This document shows positions 23,690 to 33,739 of a DNA stretch of 64,000 nucleotides, piece by piece. Where the stretch lies: positions 682,001-746,000 of the forward strand of contig NC_088800.1 of assembly GCF_011386835.1 (NCBI RefSeq). The letters run 5' to 3'. Below the pieces are notes generated by a model. It was not told the origin of the DNA. It did not search any database and worked only from the letters and a program-made list of their open reading frames with translations. The position numbers and the translations under genes were made by a program. The stretch's first letter is position 1, and every line of letters begins with the position of its first letter. Source of the stretch: Chrysemys picta bellii (Eukaryota).

Positions 23690-23865
23690 CTGCAAGGAGA
23701 GAAGGGGATGGGTTACTACAGACCTGAACTGCTCACCGCCCCAGTACCCCAGGACAAACCGGGCCCAGCTCCCAAGAAAACAGAGCAACCAGCCCTGGGG
23801 AAAACCCGCCCAGCCCGGCCCATGCCACCCCCCAGTCCCGGGCCCATCCCTACAGGACTCACCCC

Positions 23866-24110
23866 GCCCCAGTCCCCCGGCGAGACCCCCCCCCGTCCCA
23901 GGCCCAGTCCCTCGGCGAGACTCGCCCCCCCCCCAGGCCCGGGCCCAGTCCCCCCGGCGAGACTCGCCCCCCCCCCCAGGCCCGGGCCCAGTCCCCCCGC
24001 GAGACTCGCCCCCCCCCAGTCCCGGGCCCAGTCCCTCGGCGAGACCCCCCCCCCCAGTCCCGGGCCCAGTCCCTCGGCGAGACCCCCCCCCCAGCGAGAC
24101 CCCCCCCCCC
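23866..24110. repeat. C-rich ~38-42-bp minisatellite in MFAP1 intron 1, about 6 units
   Basis: Unit gcccagtccc(c/t)cggcgagac(tcg)cccccccc(c)ag(g/t)cccgg. Confidence 0.9.
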
Positions 24111-24170
24111 GGCCCGTGCCGACCGCGCCAGGCAGAGGGAGCGGAGTCTCCGCGCCCCGCCCGCTCTCAC

Positions 24171-24249
24171 CCTTCTCGTTGCGGACGGGCACGGCCCCCG
24201 CCGTGGACTGGATCGGCGGCTGCTTCATCAGGGCGCTGGGGACCGACAT
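24171..24249 (-). CDS. MFAP1: MFAP1 exon 1
   Basis: ATG at 24249 in a gccgccATG Kozak context; donor gtgaga. Confidence 0.96.
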
Positions 24250-24900
24250 GGCGGCAGCTTCTGGCCGGAACACGGGACTCGCCGACACCGGGAACAGACT
24301 CTCCCGACCGTGAGCCCCGGAAACGGAACCACCCTCTCACTGGGTCGCCGCCAAGACCCGGAACCGGAAACTAGCTTAGCTGTCACACTCGCACTGACCG
24401 GAACTGCGTCAGAACGGGTCCGGGAGGAGGGATAGAGTTTCCGGAAGCAGATGATAGGCTGTCCAGCCCGCGCAGCGGGGAATTGTGGGAAGGTGGCGTT
24501 GGACACAGTGCCCGTCGCGTCGCCGCTGCCTTCGCTCTCCCCACCCCGGGGCGTCCCGTGGAGCTCGGCAACGCCCCCTCCCGCCGGACACGGACCGGGG
24601 CCGCCCCGCGTGCGGCCGGTGCAGCCCCCGCCGGGGGTCGGAGCGCGGGGCTGGGGCTGGGGCAGCGGGAGGGGGGCGGGACCGGCTCGGGGGGCGGCCA
24701 GTCCGCGCTGGGAGCTGGGGCAGCCGCGGCAGCGCTGAGGCTCGTGGGGCCCCTGGGAACCCCGTGCTGAGAGGGGCGCACTCGGGGGGTTCCCTGCCCC
24801 ACGGAGCCGGGGCGGGCCCGGGAGGGAGCAGCGGCGTTTGCTCCCGGGGGGGCCTGGCCCGGTGCTCTCGGGTTGGGAGGCTGCCCAGGGAGGGGACGTG
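24250..24900. promoter_or_regulatory. MFAP1 CpG-island promoter with ETS (CCGGAA) cluster and ZNF143-like site
   Basis: ccggaa at about 24318, 24358, 24366, 24398 and 24441; ggggaattgtgggaa at 24477-24491 (reverse complement TTCCCACAATTCCCC). Confidence 0.75.
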
Positions 24901-25004
24901 GGGCAGAAGGCAGCCATGGGGAATTGGGGGCTGGAGGGGCGAAGGGGGCAGGGTGGGTGAGATCTGAGCCAGGCCTAGGCTGAGTAAGAAGTTGTAACGG
25001 GACA

Positions 25005-25172
25005 GGGGAGGGATAGCTCAGTGGTTTGAGCATTGGCCTGCTAAACCCAGGGTTGTGAGTTCAATCCTTGAGGGGGCCACTTAAGGATTTGAGGATTGGT
25101 CCTGCTTTGAGCAGGGGGTTGGACTAGATACCTCCTGAGGGCCCTTCCAACCCTGGCATTCTATTCTGTGAT
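25005..25172 (+). mobile_element. tRNA-derived SINE (tortoise Pol III/SINE-like) with CR1-type 3' tail
   Basis: A-box gatagctcagtgg, B-box gtgagttcaatcc; tail gggggttggactagat...cccttccaacc...attctattct. Confidence 0.9.
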
Positions 25173-27039
25173 AAACTCTATTCTGGACGAGGTGTAGGGG
25201 CGTGGGAGTGAGGGAGGCTGTAGTGCTCAGGCAGGGAGAACTTGAGAGAACTTGAACAGGGGAGGAAAGGGCAGCGTGCTGTGGAGGACAGCAATGGGAT
25301 TCAGGCGTGGGGGTGTGTGTGATGATGGAGAAAAAATGAGAGCAAAGAGTTTGGTGGGAGCAAAGAGCAGGAGTTCAGTTTTGATCTCCAGGAGCATGAG
25401 TCACATCCCTGCGGTGAGCGCCAGGTCTTGGTCCCTACTTGGGCAGTGGAAGAACCTGATTGCCCTGTGCTAGCCTGCACCAGCCACAGGAAGTGGGAGG
25501 CAGGAGAGTGGTGCATCTCATCTCTGTTTGGGATGTTGTGTGCTCCACTGGACAGGGACCATTTGTGCACCTGAGAACTGAGGGCGACTCACCAAATCTG
25601 TCCTCATGCCAGGATGGGGGCTAGCCATGCCCTCAAAGCAGGGGAGGAAGTGATTGCCCCTCAGATGCCCAGTGCCCAATACCAGAGCTGAGCCAGCAGC
25701 GCCAGGCTGGGGTGGCCATGAACTTTGGGGCTGTTCCATAAGACTCACCAGCCTGGATGTTAAATTGCTGAGCACTTGGAGCCTTGAAGTCTCCAATACC
25801 TCCATGGCGAGGAGCTCCCATAGGATGCCCCAGTGCAGTGAGGTGAGCCATATACTGTATTACAGCCTGCTGGGCATCGAGACCTGCCTTTCAGGTGGCG
25901 CTAACAGCGTGGACATGCCATCCTCCTTGCCCATTCATGCTGCACGTAGTACCCTGCTGCCACACAGCCATGTGTCAATAATATATACTAAGCTGCTTCC
26001 AGAGACAGAGCCATGATGGGATGGGCCTTGTGTCAATCAATGGGATCCTCGGCCCCGACACTCCCATTCTGGCTACTAATTAAAGGTGAACCCAATGGAA
26101 TGGCCAATCACTCCAGCCATTTCCCTGCCCAGAAAGCGAGAAGCCTGATGCCCCTTCCCAGGCCTCTACACTTCCGATGTGCAGCCATGCTATTCATCCT
26201 TCGTGGCCCCCCAGCTGCCCTTCAGAGGGGCATAGCAGCTGTAGCTCAGTGCCTGAATAAGAACTTCCAGGGCAGGTGCCCCAAAGGTTTAATAAAAGGG
26301 CAGCTTCTTTCCTGGGCCGGGGGAGTGGGCACAGGAAACCTTTCTCAGGTGCCTGGGACTGATGGAGCTGGTCGTGGCTGGTGCTTCCCCGAAGTGCCAG
26401 GCAGCAGGAGTGATTGTGGTTTGTGTGTGCCATCGCAGTTCTGCCCCGGGGCAGTAGCCATGATGCACTGTCACAGCAGCTACCCGGGATTTCACTGAGC
26501 GAAGCTGAGGTGTTAACCATTGAGGTGCGGTGCCACGTCACGGGAGCACTTGTTTGTTAACCACTGAGTGCGGCTACACCTTATCCCCGGAGCACCTGCT
26601 CAGCTTGGCCGGCACTCTGGAGAAAACGGCTGCCAGGATTCATATGGGACAGCCGTTGAGGAGGTGGGGCAATTCCAGGAGCCCTTGTAAGGCTGCAGCA
26701 GGGCCACGTGGGTCCTATCTGGTCCCACCCAGCTCTGGGTTGCCCTAGAAATCGATTTCAGGCTGCGTCACAGGCACTGACCCCATTTCTGCAGCTCTCT
26801 GCTGTCTTCTTGGAAGAAAGGATGAGGTTTCTGCTTCCAGGAAACCCAACCACCGGGGTGGCAGTGCCTGAGGTGCAAGCAGGTGAGCCTTCCTGCGGAA
26901 GCCACAGCTGAGGGGCCTCAGGAGCTGGAAAGGTTGTGAGCTATGTGCTGCTCCTGCCTGTTGCTAGCTGCCCTTTTTCCACAATGGAAAGACCCCCTTA
27001 TGGGTCCAGTCTGCACCTGGCAGGACATTCATATGGCTC

Positions 27040-27175
27040 TGAAAATCAGACCGTCATCCAGTGGCTGGAAACTGAAGCCAGATTCAGATTAGAAATTAGG
27101 CCCATGTTTAACTGAGAATGACTAACCATTGGACCAACTGCCAAGGGCAGTGGTGGAGTGTCCCTCTCCACAAGT
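27040..27175 (+). mobile_element. Short CR1 3' fragment
   Basis: ggctggaaactgaagccagattcagattagaaattagg...taaccattgga. Confidence 0.6.
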
Positions 27176-27789
27176 TACGGGCTCAGTGCAGGGGTAGCTG
27201 GGTGACCGTCACTGCTCTCTGCTAGACAGGAGGTCAGACAATGAGCACAATGGTCCCTTCTGGCCTTGTACTCTGTGACCCTGAGGTGCTGCCCTAAGGT
27301 CTAGACCCGACATGTCTGGGGCAGGTGGAGCAGCTGCAGATGGTGCCAGCACCAGAGACCCTGACTCGGATGGGGTTATGCTGCCTGCTTGGCACATGTC
27401 CTGGGAGCCGGAAACATGGCCCAGGCTCCAGGGCTTTAGGTATCTAGTGAGACTTGTTTCACAGGCAGCTGCTGGCTGCACATGGGTTTGTGCTGTCATT
27501 TCTGCCCTGTCCTAGACTGCAGGGAGGGGAGATCTCTGGTAGCTTCTCCTTGGCCATCAAAGAGCCCTCCCCTCCCCCACCCTGCAGTGAGGGCAGACCA
27601 GAGCCCTGGCACCCCCAGGGGTACGCTGCTTCAAGGGAAGCCCTAACGCTACTGACGCAGCACAGCTGTGGGCCGGGCAGGGCACAGTTTGTGCTGCCTG
27701 CCCTGGCAGAGTATCACAGTGCACCCCCTCCCCCCCAAATTAATGTGATGTCACCACTGCTCAGATAGAGCTTCAGCACATAACTCCGC

Positions 27790-28560
27790 TGCTGAAAAAC
27801 TTAGAACAGCAAAAAGCTTGACAATGACACGCAAACACATGATGTCCCACATAGCTGGAGTTCCAGTTGTAGTAAGATGAGGCCCTGAAACAACCTTTTG
27901 TCTCTGAAGCCTGAACCAAAGTACTTCCAGGCATTGCTAAGCAAAAGCTGGGCTGTGAGCCAGAGGCAGGCCCCACTCACAGAAGTTGGCGAGAAGCAGG
28001 TGCATCCACATAGAAGTGCTAATAAGAGGAACTTGTGCCAAGATGACATCAGGACACTCCACAGACGTAGCAAGGAACAGGCAGGTGCATCTTAAAGACA
28101 GGGTCAAAAGGACAGCATGATGGATCTGTTTGAAACAACATGATCAAAGGGGAGACAGCACCCTAATGAGCCAAGGGGCTGTACCTCAATACGTCAGTAG
28201 GGATGAGTAATCTGTCCTGTAACTGAATAACAGTAGGTCCCGGAGTGCGCATCTTTGTCCAGCCTAGGAGGCAGTGGAGTGTCCCGCCACTGACTGAGCT
28301 GTGTCCATTGCCGGGGGCACATAGTCGTAGTATGTCCTGTAGAGTCTATATAGGAAACTATTACTGTGCTTCGTTTGACAATAAACCTGGCCCGGGTTCC
28401 TTCGTACCTTACTAGAGTCTGTGGTTTTTGGGGGTTCTCTTGGGGTTTGCTGTGTCAGCGATCTGCGCAGAGCTGGGGCAGCACACAGAGGGAACACGCA
28501 CGCAGCCGACGGTTATCATCGAACAAGAGCAGAGCACCACACCGGTAGCTACTGACAACA
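27790..28560 (+). mobile_element. Probable solo LTR (Gypsy-like); left boundary approximate
   Basis: TATA-like ctatatagg at about 28348, aataaa at 28380, ends ...ctgacaaca; relatively CpG-retaining; no TSD confirmed. Confidence 0.55.
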
Positions 28561-29974
28561 CCAGTCAGCATCTCAGCAAGCCAGGAAATGCTCTTTCTCA
28601 TTGGCTGTCATTCCAGATGACCTTGGAAGTTAACAATTATGCAACATAAGAAGTGGGCATCAGCACTGAACCAGCCTGCTTTGATCCAGGTGCATTTGGA
28701 AATTGCAAGCCCCAACTGTGCAGAAGTCAAATCACCAGGGTCTCCTTCCTCAGAGCAACAAGTGCTGCAGATGAATGTGTCCTAGAATCAGTACAGTTGG
28801 CTGTTGGCCATAAATGGGCCTAGGTTTCATGGGCTGGATTCTGTCAAGGGGAACAATAGGAGCACCTGTGAAGATCCCTCGATTGTGGGGGCTGTTCTTA
28901 GCCAAGGTTTTGGATTCCATGTCTCCTGGCCCTTCCCTCTAAGTGGCAGGTAGCTCACGGGTAGCCTGAGCCTGTGGAGAAATGCACCCTCTCCTGCCTT
29001 CTCTCTGGGCTTGTGCCGTCCGTCCCTCCACTCCTGCTCCAAGAGCAGCTAGGAAGGACTAAGCCCAAGCTTTGTTGATGGGCTGTGGCAAGATGGGGGA
29101 TGCAGTTACAAGACACAGCTTCCAGCCGGCCTGGCTCCAGAGCACAGTGCCCTGTGCAGGTTGAGGTACCAGCAATATTTCCATGGCTCCAGGGCCATCC
29201 CTGCTGAGCCAGGTGAATGGCACAGGGCTGGCAGCCTCGGGCAGGACGAGAACTCGTGGCACATACAGCATGTGAGAGGCCAGGACAATCTTGTCCCATC
29301 CCTTCCTGTCCCTGGGCTTCTCTACGGTCTCTCGTGTAAGCCTCTGACCTTTTGGCCGTAGGCTCTATTCCTGTCCCACGTGTGATGCTCTCATGTGGAT
29401 GGGGTTCCTGTGGTGATGGGCACATTACCAGTGGAGAGGCCAGATTCCTGACAGGGAGTTTTAATTTTTATCAGAAAGTAGCAGTTCACTTTTTCCAGAT
29501 GGGCCCTGTGTGGTGATGACCCAGGCACCAGCTTTGTTACAATGAATCCTGGAAATCAGGAGCGGTTCTCAGTGAGGAGAGTCCTGTAATTAGCCCTCCA
29601 CTCCCGCTAACCTTACTTCAGTTAACAATGGGCTCACCAAACAAAACTCCCTAAACTTACCCCTTGAACCCAATTTCCAGTCACAAAGCTGATTCACTTA
29701 GTTATTCTCAGCAGTATCAAATTATCAAAGTGACTGTTTCCTGTGCAATTGCTAGTTTGTTTTAATTACTCCTCTGACACCTAAGTGATTTCCTCTTCTT
29801 TGTAAGGAGATGCGTGATCAGAATCTGTTCGGTTACACGGAAGTCCCCATCCTGGGGTTTGGCGTAAAGAGGAGGCTTTCATGTCTGACCTGTATATCAC
29901 AGGCCAGAGACCTGCCCCCAAGTAATCCCTAGCTTAGATCAAAGCTTTTTAGAAAAACATCCAGTCTTGATTTA

Positions 29975-30181
29975 TAAAAAGCAACAGAGAGTCCTGTGTC
30001 ACCTTTAAGATTAACAGATGTATTGGAGCATAAGCTTTTCGTGGGTGAATGCCCACATGCGTCTGACGAAGTGGGCATTCACCCACAAAAGCTTATGCTC
30101 CAATACATCTGTTAGTCTTAAAGGTGCCACAGGAGACTCTGTTGCTTTTTACAGATCCAGACTAACACGGCTACCCCTCTG
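29975..30181 (+). mobile_element. Penelope-like retroelement remnant: inverted-duplicated end with a minimal hammerhead ribozyme motif
   Basis: 12-bp TSD agtcttgattta at 29963-29974 and 30182-30193; palindrome spanning 29975-30151; CTGACGA core at 30063-30069. Confidence 0.8.
30057..30098 (+). ncRNA. Minimal dimer-type hammerhead ribozyme motif, probably inactive (G12>A)
   Basis: gcgt-CTGACGA-a-gtggg/cattca/cccac-aAAA-gctt-atgc. Stem I GCGU/AUGC, stem II of 5 bp, palindromic AGCU stem III. The GAAA core reads AAAA. Confidence 0.6.
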
Positions 30182-32236
30182 AGTCTTGATTTAAAAATTG
30201 TCAGTGATGGAGAGTCCACCACAACCCTTGGTAAGTTGTTCCAATGGTTAGTTACCCTCACTGCTAAGAGTGTACACCTTATTTCCAGTGGGAATCTGTC
30301 TAGCTTTGATTTCCAGCCTCTGGATCATTTTAGACTGTTCTCTGCTAGACTAAAAAGCTCATTATCCAATATTTGTTGGTACTTCTAGATGTAGTCAAGT
30401 CACCCCTTAACCTTCTCTTTGTTAAACTAAAGAGATTGAGCTCCTTGGGTCTGTCATTGTAAGGCAGGTTTTCTAATCCTCTAATCATTCTTGTGGCTCT
30501 TCTCCGAACACTCACCAATCATTTCTTGAATTGTGAATACCAGAACTGCACAGTATTCCAGCAACTGTCACATGCATGCCATTCTGAGACCTATCACTTA
30601 GCCGTCTTTTAATCCATTTAATGTGTGCCAGGTTAATTCTTGTATTCTAGTTTTGTAATCAAAATGTTGTGATACTTCTGTAAGGCATTTGATTTAGTAT
30701 GTTACATCAACACTATCACTTTATCAACCAAATTTATAATCTCATCAAAAAGATATTGAGTTAGTTTGACAGGATCTATTATCCATGCATTCATGTTGAT
30801 TAGCATTGATTATATTACCCTCCTTTAATTCTTTATTAATCGAGTCTGTATCAGCCGCTCCGTTATCTTGCCCAGGATCAATGTCAGACTGATATTCCAT
30901 TTATGCTTTTAAATATTGGCACATTAGCTTTCTTCCAGTCTGCTGCAACCCCCTCTGGTATTCCAACACTTGTTGAAAGTAAACATTAATGGTCCAGCAA
31001 GCTTCTCAGCTAGCTCTTTTAAAACTCTTGGACGCAAGTTATCCAGACCTTCTGATTTTAAAAATGTTTAATTTTAGTAGGTGCTAACATGATCCTGAGA
31101 TTCTGGTGGAATGGAAAGTGCATTATCATAGATGACTATATCATCTGTTTCTTCCCAAATACAGAACAAATATATATTGAATGCTTCTGCCTTTTCTGCA
31201 TTATTATTGATCATTCTACCATTTCCATCTAATAGTGGACCAATACCATTATTAGGATTCTTTTTGTTCCTAATATACTTTAAAAATTCCTTCTTACTGT
31301 CCTTAACAATGCTGGCCATAGATTTCATCTTGAGTCTTTTTGCTTCCTTTATCAACTTTCTCAAATTCCTAGCTTCTGATTTATATTTGCTACTATCAAC
31401 TTCCCCTTTCTTCCATTTGTTATATATTTAATTTTTTTATAGCTGCCTTCACTTTCCCTCAAAAGGAGGTCCGTTTTTAACCAGCACAGCCTTCTTCCTC
31501 GATTGTGCATTTTGGGCATCTAGTTAAGTGTTCTTAAACGATTCCCAATTACTAATTTTTTTCTGATTAAATTCCTCCTTCCAGATGATTTGGCTCTTAA
31601 TTTTTTTCAGCTTTGTGAAATTGGCCCTTTTAAAGCAACAAGTATATGCATCACTGGTCTGGATTTTATTCTGCTTCCACATTATAAATGTGATGATCAA
31701 GTCATGATCACGTGTACCTAAATTACAATTCATGTTTAGTTCTATGATCAGTTCCTCTTTATTTGTCAGGACAAGGTCTTATATAGAAACCCCTTCTCTG
31801 GGTGAAACATTTTTTGAATTAGGAAATTGTCATCTCTAATATTCAGGAATTCCAAGGATGTTTTAGTACTGGCAGCATGAGATCTCCAGCGTATTTCACT
31901 CAAAATTGAAGTACCCCCATGATCACTCAGCTTCCCCCGCTACACATTATAGATAGGTGCATAAGGAGCCAGTCATCCTGTTCCCTAGTGTGATTGGGTG
32001 GTCTGTAGCAGACACCAAGTAATACCCCATCTTGTGCTTTATCTGTTAGGACATTGATCCGTAAGCATTCAAGATCATTTTCTTTCAAGTTATCAGTGAC
32101 TCAGAAACAGGTTTGGCTTCTGCCCGTGCTCTTTATACATAGACTCAGTGCACAGTCATATTGAAAATGCTAATTTCCTTGGGCTGTAAATAAACCCTCC
32201 TTTTACCTTACAAGAGGAGAACAAGAGCCATCCACC

Positions 32237-32425
32237 CTGAACATAAGAACGGCCAGACCGGGTCAGACCAAAGGTCCATCCAGCCTAGTATCCTGTCTAC
32301 TGACAGTGGCCAATGCCAGGTGCCCCAGAGGGAGTAAACCTAACAGGTAATGAGCAAGTGATCTCTCTCCTGCCATCCATCTCCACCCTCTGACAGACAG
32401 AGACTAGGGACACCATTCCTTATCC
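32237..32425 (-). mobile_element. CR1 extreme 3' end (inverted)
   Basis: gaacataagaacggcca...ggtcagaccaaaggtccatc...gatctctctcctgccatccatc is the reverse complement of a turtle CR1 3' UTR. Confidence 0.85.
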
Positions 32426-32427
32426 AA

Positions 32428-32662
32428 TTGATCAAATTGGCCCTGTCAACACTGGTTCTCCACTTGTGAGGTAGCTCCCTTCTCTTCATGTGTCAGTATA
32501 TTTATGCCAGCATCTGTAATTTTCACTCAATGCATCTGAAGAAGTGTTGTTGTTGTTTTACCCCCATAAGCTTATGCCCAAACAAATCTGTTAGTCTTTA
32601 AGGTGCCACCGGACTCCTCATTGCTTTTGTGGATACAGACTGACACAGCTACCCCCTGATAC
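32428..32662 (+). mobile_element. Penelope-like element 3' fragment with decayed hammerhead motif
   Basis: gcat-CTGAAGA-a...aagcttatgc followed by the same terminal block as the 30.1-kb copy. Confidence 0.7.
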
Positions 32663-32996
32663 TTTCTAGTCAATTTCTCATCCGGCTCTCATTCCAGCAT
32701 TAACAAGCTCAAGGCTGCAGCACTGGGGTTGCAAACTGCAGGGAAGGGTCATGTTTGAAACACACTGTTCCCATCAGTACTTGCTAATGTTCTGGGGACA
32801 TGTCTACTGGTGGCTGGTTTGGAAGAAACTGTTCTTTATCGCCAGACATGGCTGTTGGGCCCGAATTGTTCTGATAGCGCCCCTGGCCAAAGGAGCGAAT
32901 AATACCCATGGCCAGCATTAGGGACCTTGGTGTTTATGCCCCATGATTTCTTTGGTTACTGTTCTCCAGTCCCTTCCACTTCATGTTCTTCATTCA

Positions 32997-33282
32997 GGCT
33001 GGGTCTACACTACCCGCCTGAATCGGCGGGTAGAAATCGACCTCTCAGGGATCGATTCATCGCGTCCCGTTGGGACACGACAATCGATCCCCGAATCAAC
33101 GCTCTTACTCCACCAGCGGAGGTGGGAGTAAGCGCCGTCGACGGGAAGCCGCAGAGGTCGATTTTTGCCGCCGTCCTCACAGCGGGGTAAGTCGGCTGCG
33201 ATACGTCGAATTCAGCTACGCTATTCACGTAGCTGAATTTGCGTATCTTAAATCGACTCCCCCCTGTAGTGTAGATGTAGCC
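32997..33282. mobile_element. PIF/Harbinger-type MITE
   Basis: TIRs ggctgggtctacacta / tagtgtagatgtagcc; 3-bp flanks tca / taa; CpG-rich. Confidence 0.8.
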
Positions 33283-33344
33283 TAAATTGGGCCTGTGTTT
33301 GTCACAGAGGTGTGTGTCATTTCACCACCTGGTCCACAAAGGGT

Positions 33345-33530
33345 GGCTGCAGAGGTGGGTCAGGTAATGTTATGGACCAGCTCCTGCTGGTGAGGGACAA
33401 GCTTTCAAACTACACCGCGCTCTTCCTTGGGTCTGGGCAAGGTACTCAGCACCACAGCTAAATAGAAGGAGGAACAGATTGTTCAGCATAAGCAGTTAAT
33501 CCATATTCTCAGGGATCATTCAAGGTGAAG
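33345..33530 (-). mobile_element. Old Penelope-like fragment of a second family with decayed hammerhead motif
   Basis: Minus strand at 33392-33437 reads cccagac-ccaagga-agagc..gttt-GAAA-gcttgtc. Confidence 0.5.
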
Positions 33531-33739
33531 CTAATGTCTAGTTCAAGGCAGAGGTGTCTACTACAGGCCCTGGGTCCAACATCCCCAGGGACCTGCGGGG
33601 GAGGTTATTACACTTCCCAGCCAAATCCTTCCAGGGGAACCCTCACAGCAAGCTCCGGCCCCAGCTTCCTTGGAGGAGCAATGCACCCCCTGGGCGTGGA
33701 GTGGGAGAGGGTGCTGGGGGGGGAGAAGGGGATTGGGCG

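Larger units (their letters stand above)
16735..24249 (-). other. MFAP1: Microfibrillar-associated protein 1 (spliceosomal B-complex factor) gene, 9 coding exons, 1320-nt CDS, 439 aa
   Basis: Joined exons run MSVPSALMKQPPIQSTAGAVPVRNEKG...[11 protein letters not shown]; all phases are consistent and the length equals human MFAP1. Confidence 0.98.
29880..32050 (-). mobile_element. Degenerate CR1 LINE (3' end through endonuclease region) with deletions
   Basis: Fragmentary ORF2 translations 31074-31364 (KEFLKYIRNKKNPNNGIGPLLDGNG...AEKAEAFN) and 31524-31733 (DHDLII...FKRANFTKL). Confidence 0.85.

Noticed and set aside
11428-24249. Intronic snoRNA or miRNA genes in HYPK and MFAP1
   Set aside because: No convincing C/D or H/ACA box arrangement or hairpin was seen by eye; an Infernal/Rfam scan would be needed.
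24250-24288. Apparent N-terminal extension of MFAP1 (MSASPVFRPEAAA)
   Set aside because: It starts at GTG; the ATG at 24249 has an ideal Kozak context and gives the canonical 439 aa.
25005-25080. tRNA gene (also 44515-44590)
   Set aside because: Only the tRNA-derived head of a SINE; it continues into a LINE-like tail and cannot form a full cloverleaf.
25518-26016. Short ORFs and donor-like sites upstream of MFAP1 as a WDR76 or other gene remnant
   Set aside because: No recognisable protein similarity and no consistent exon chain.
31074-31733. RT/endonuclease-like ORFs as a host gene
   Set aside because: They are short fragments of a decayed CR1 ORF2.
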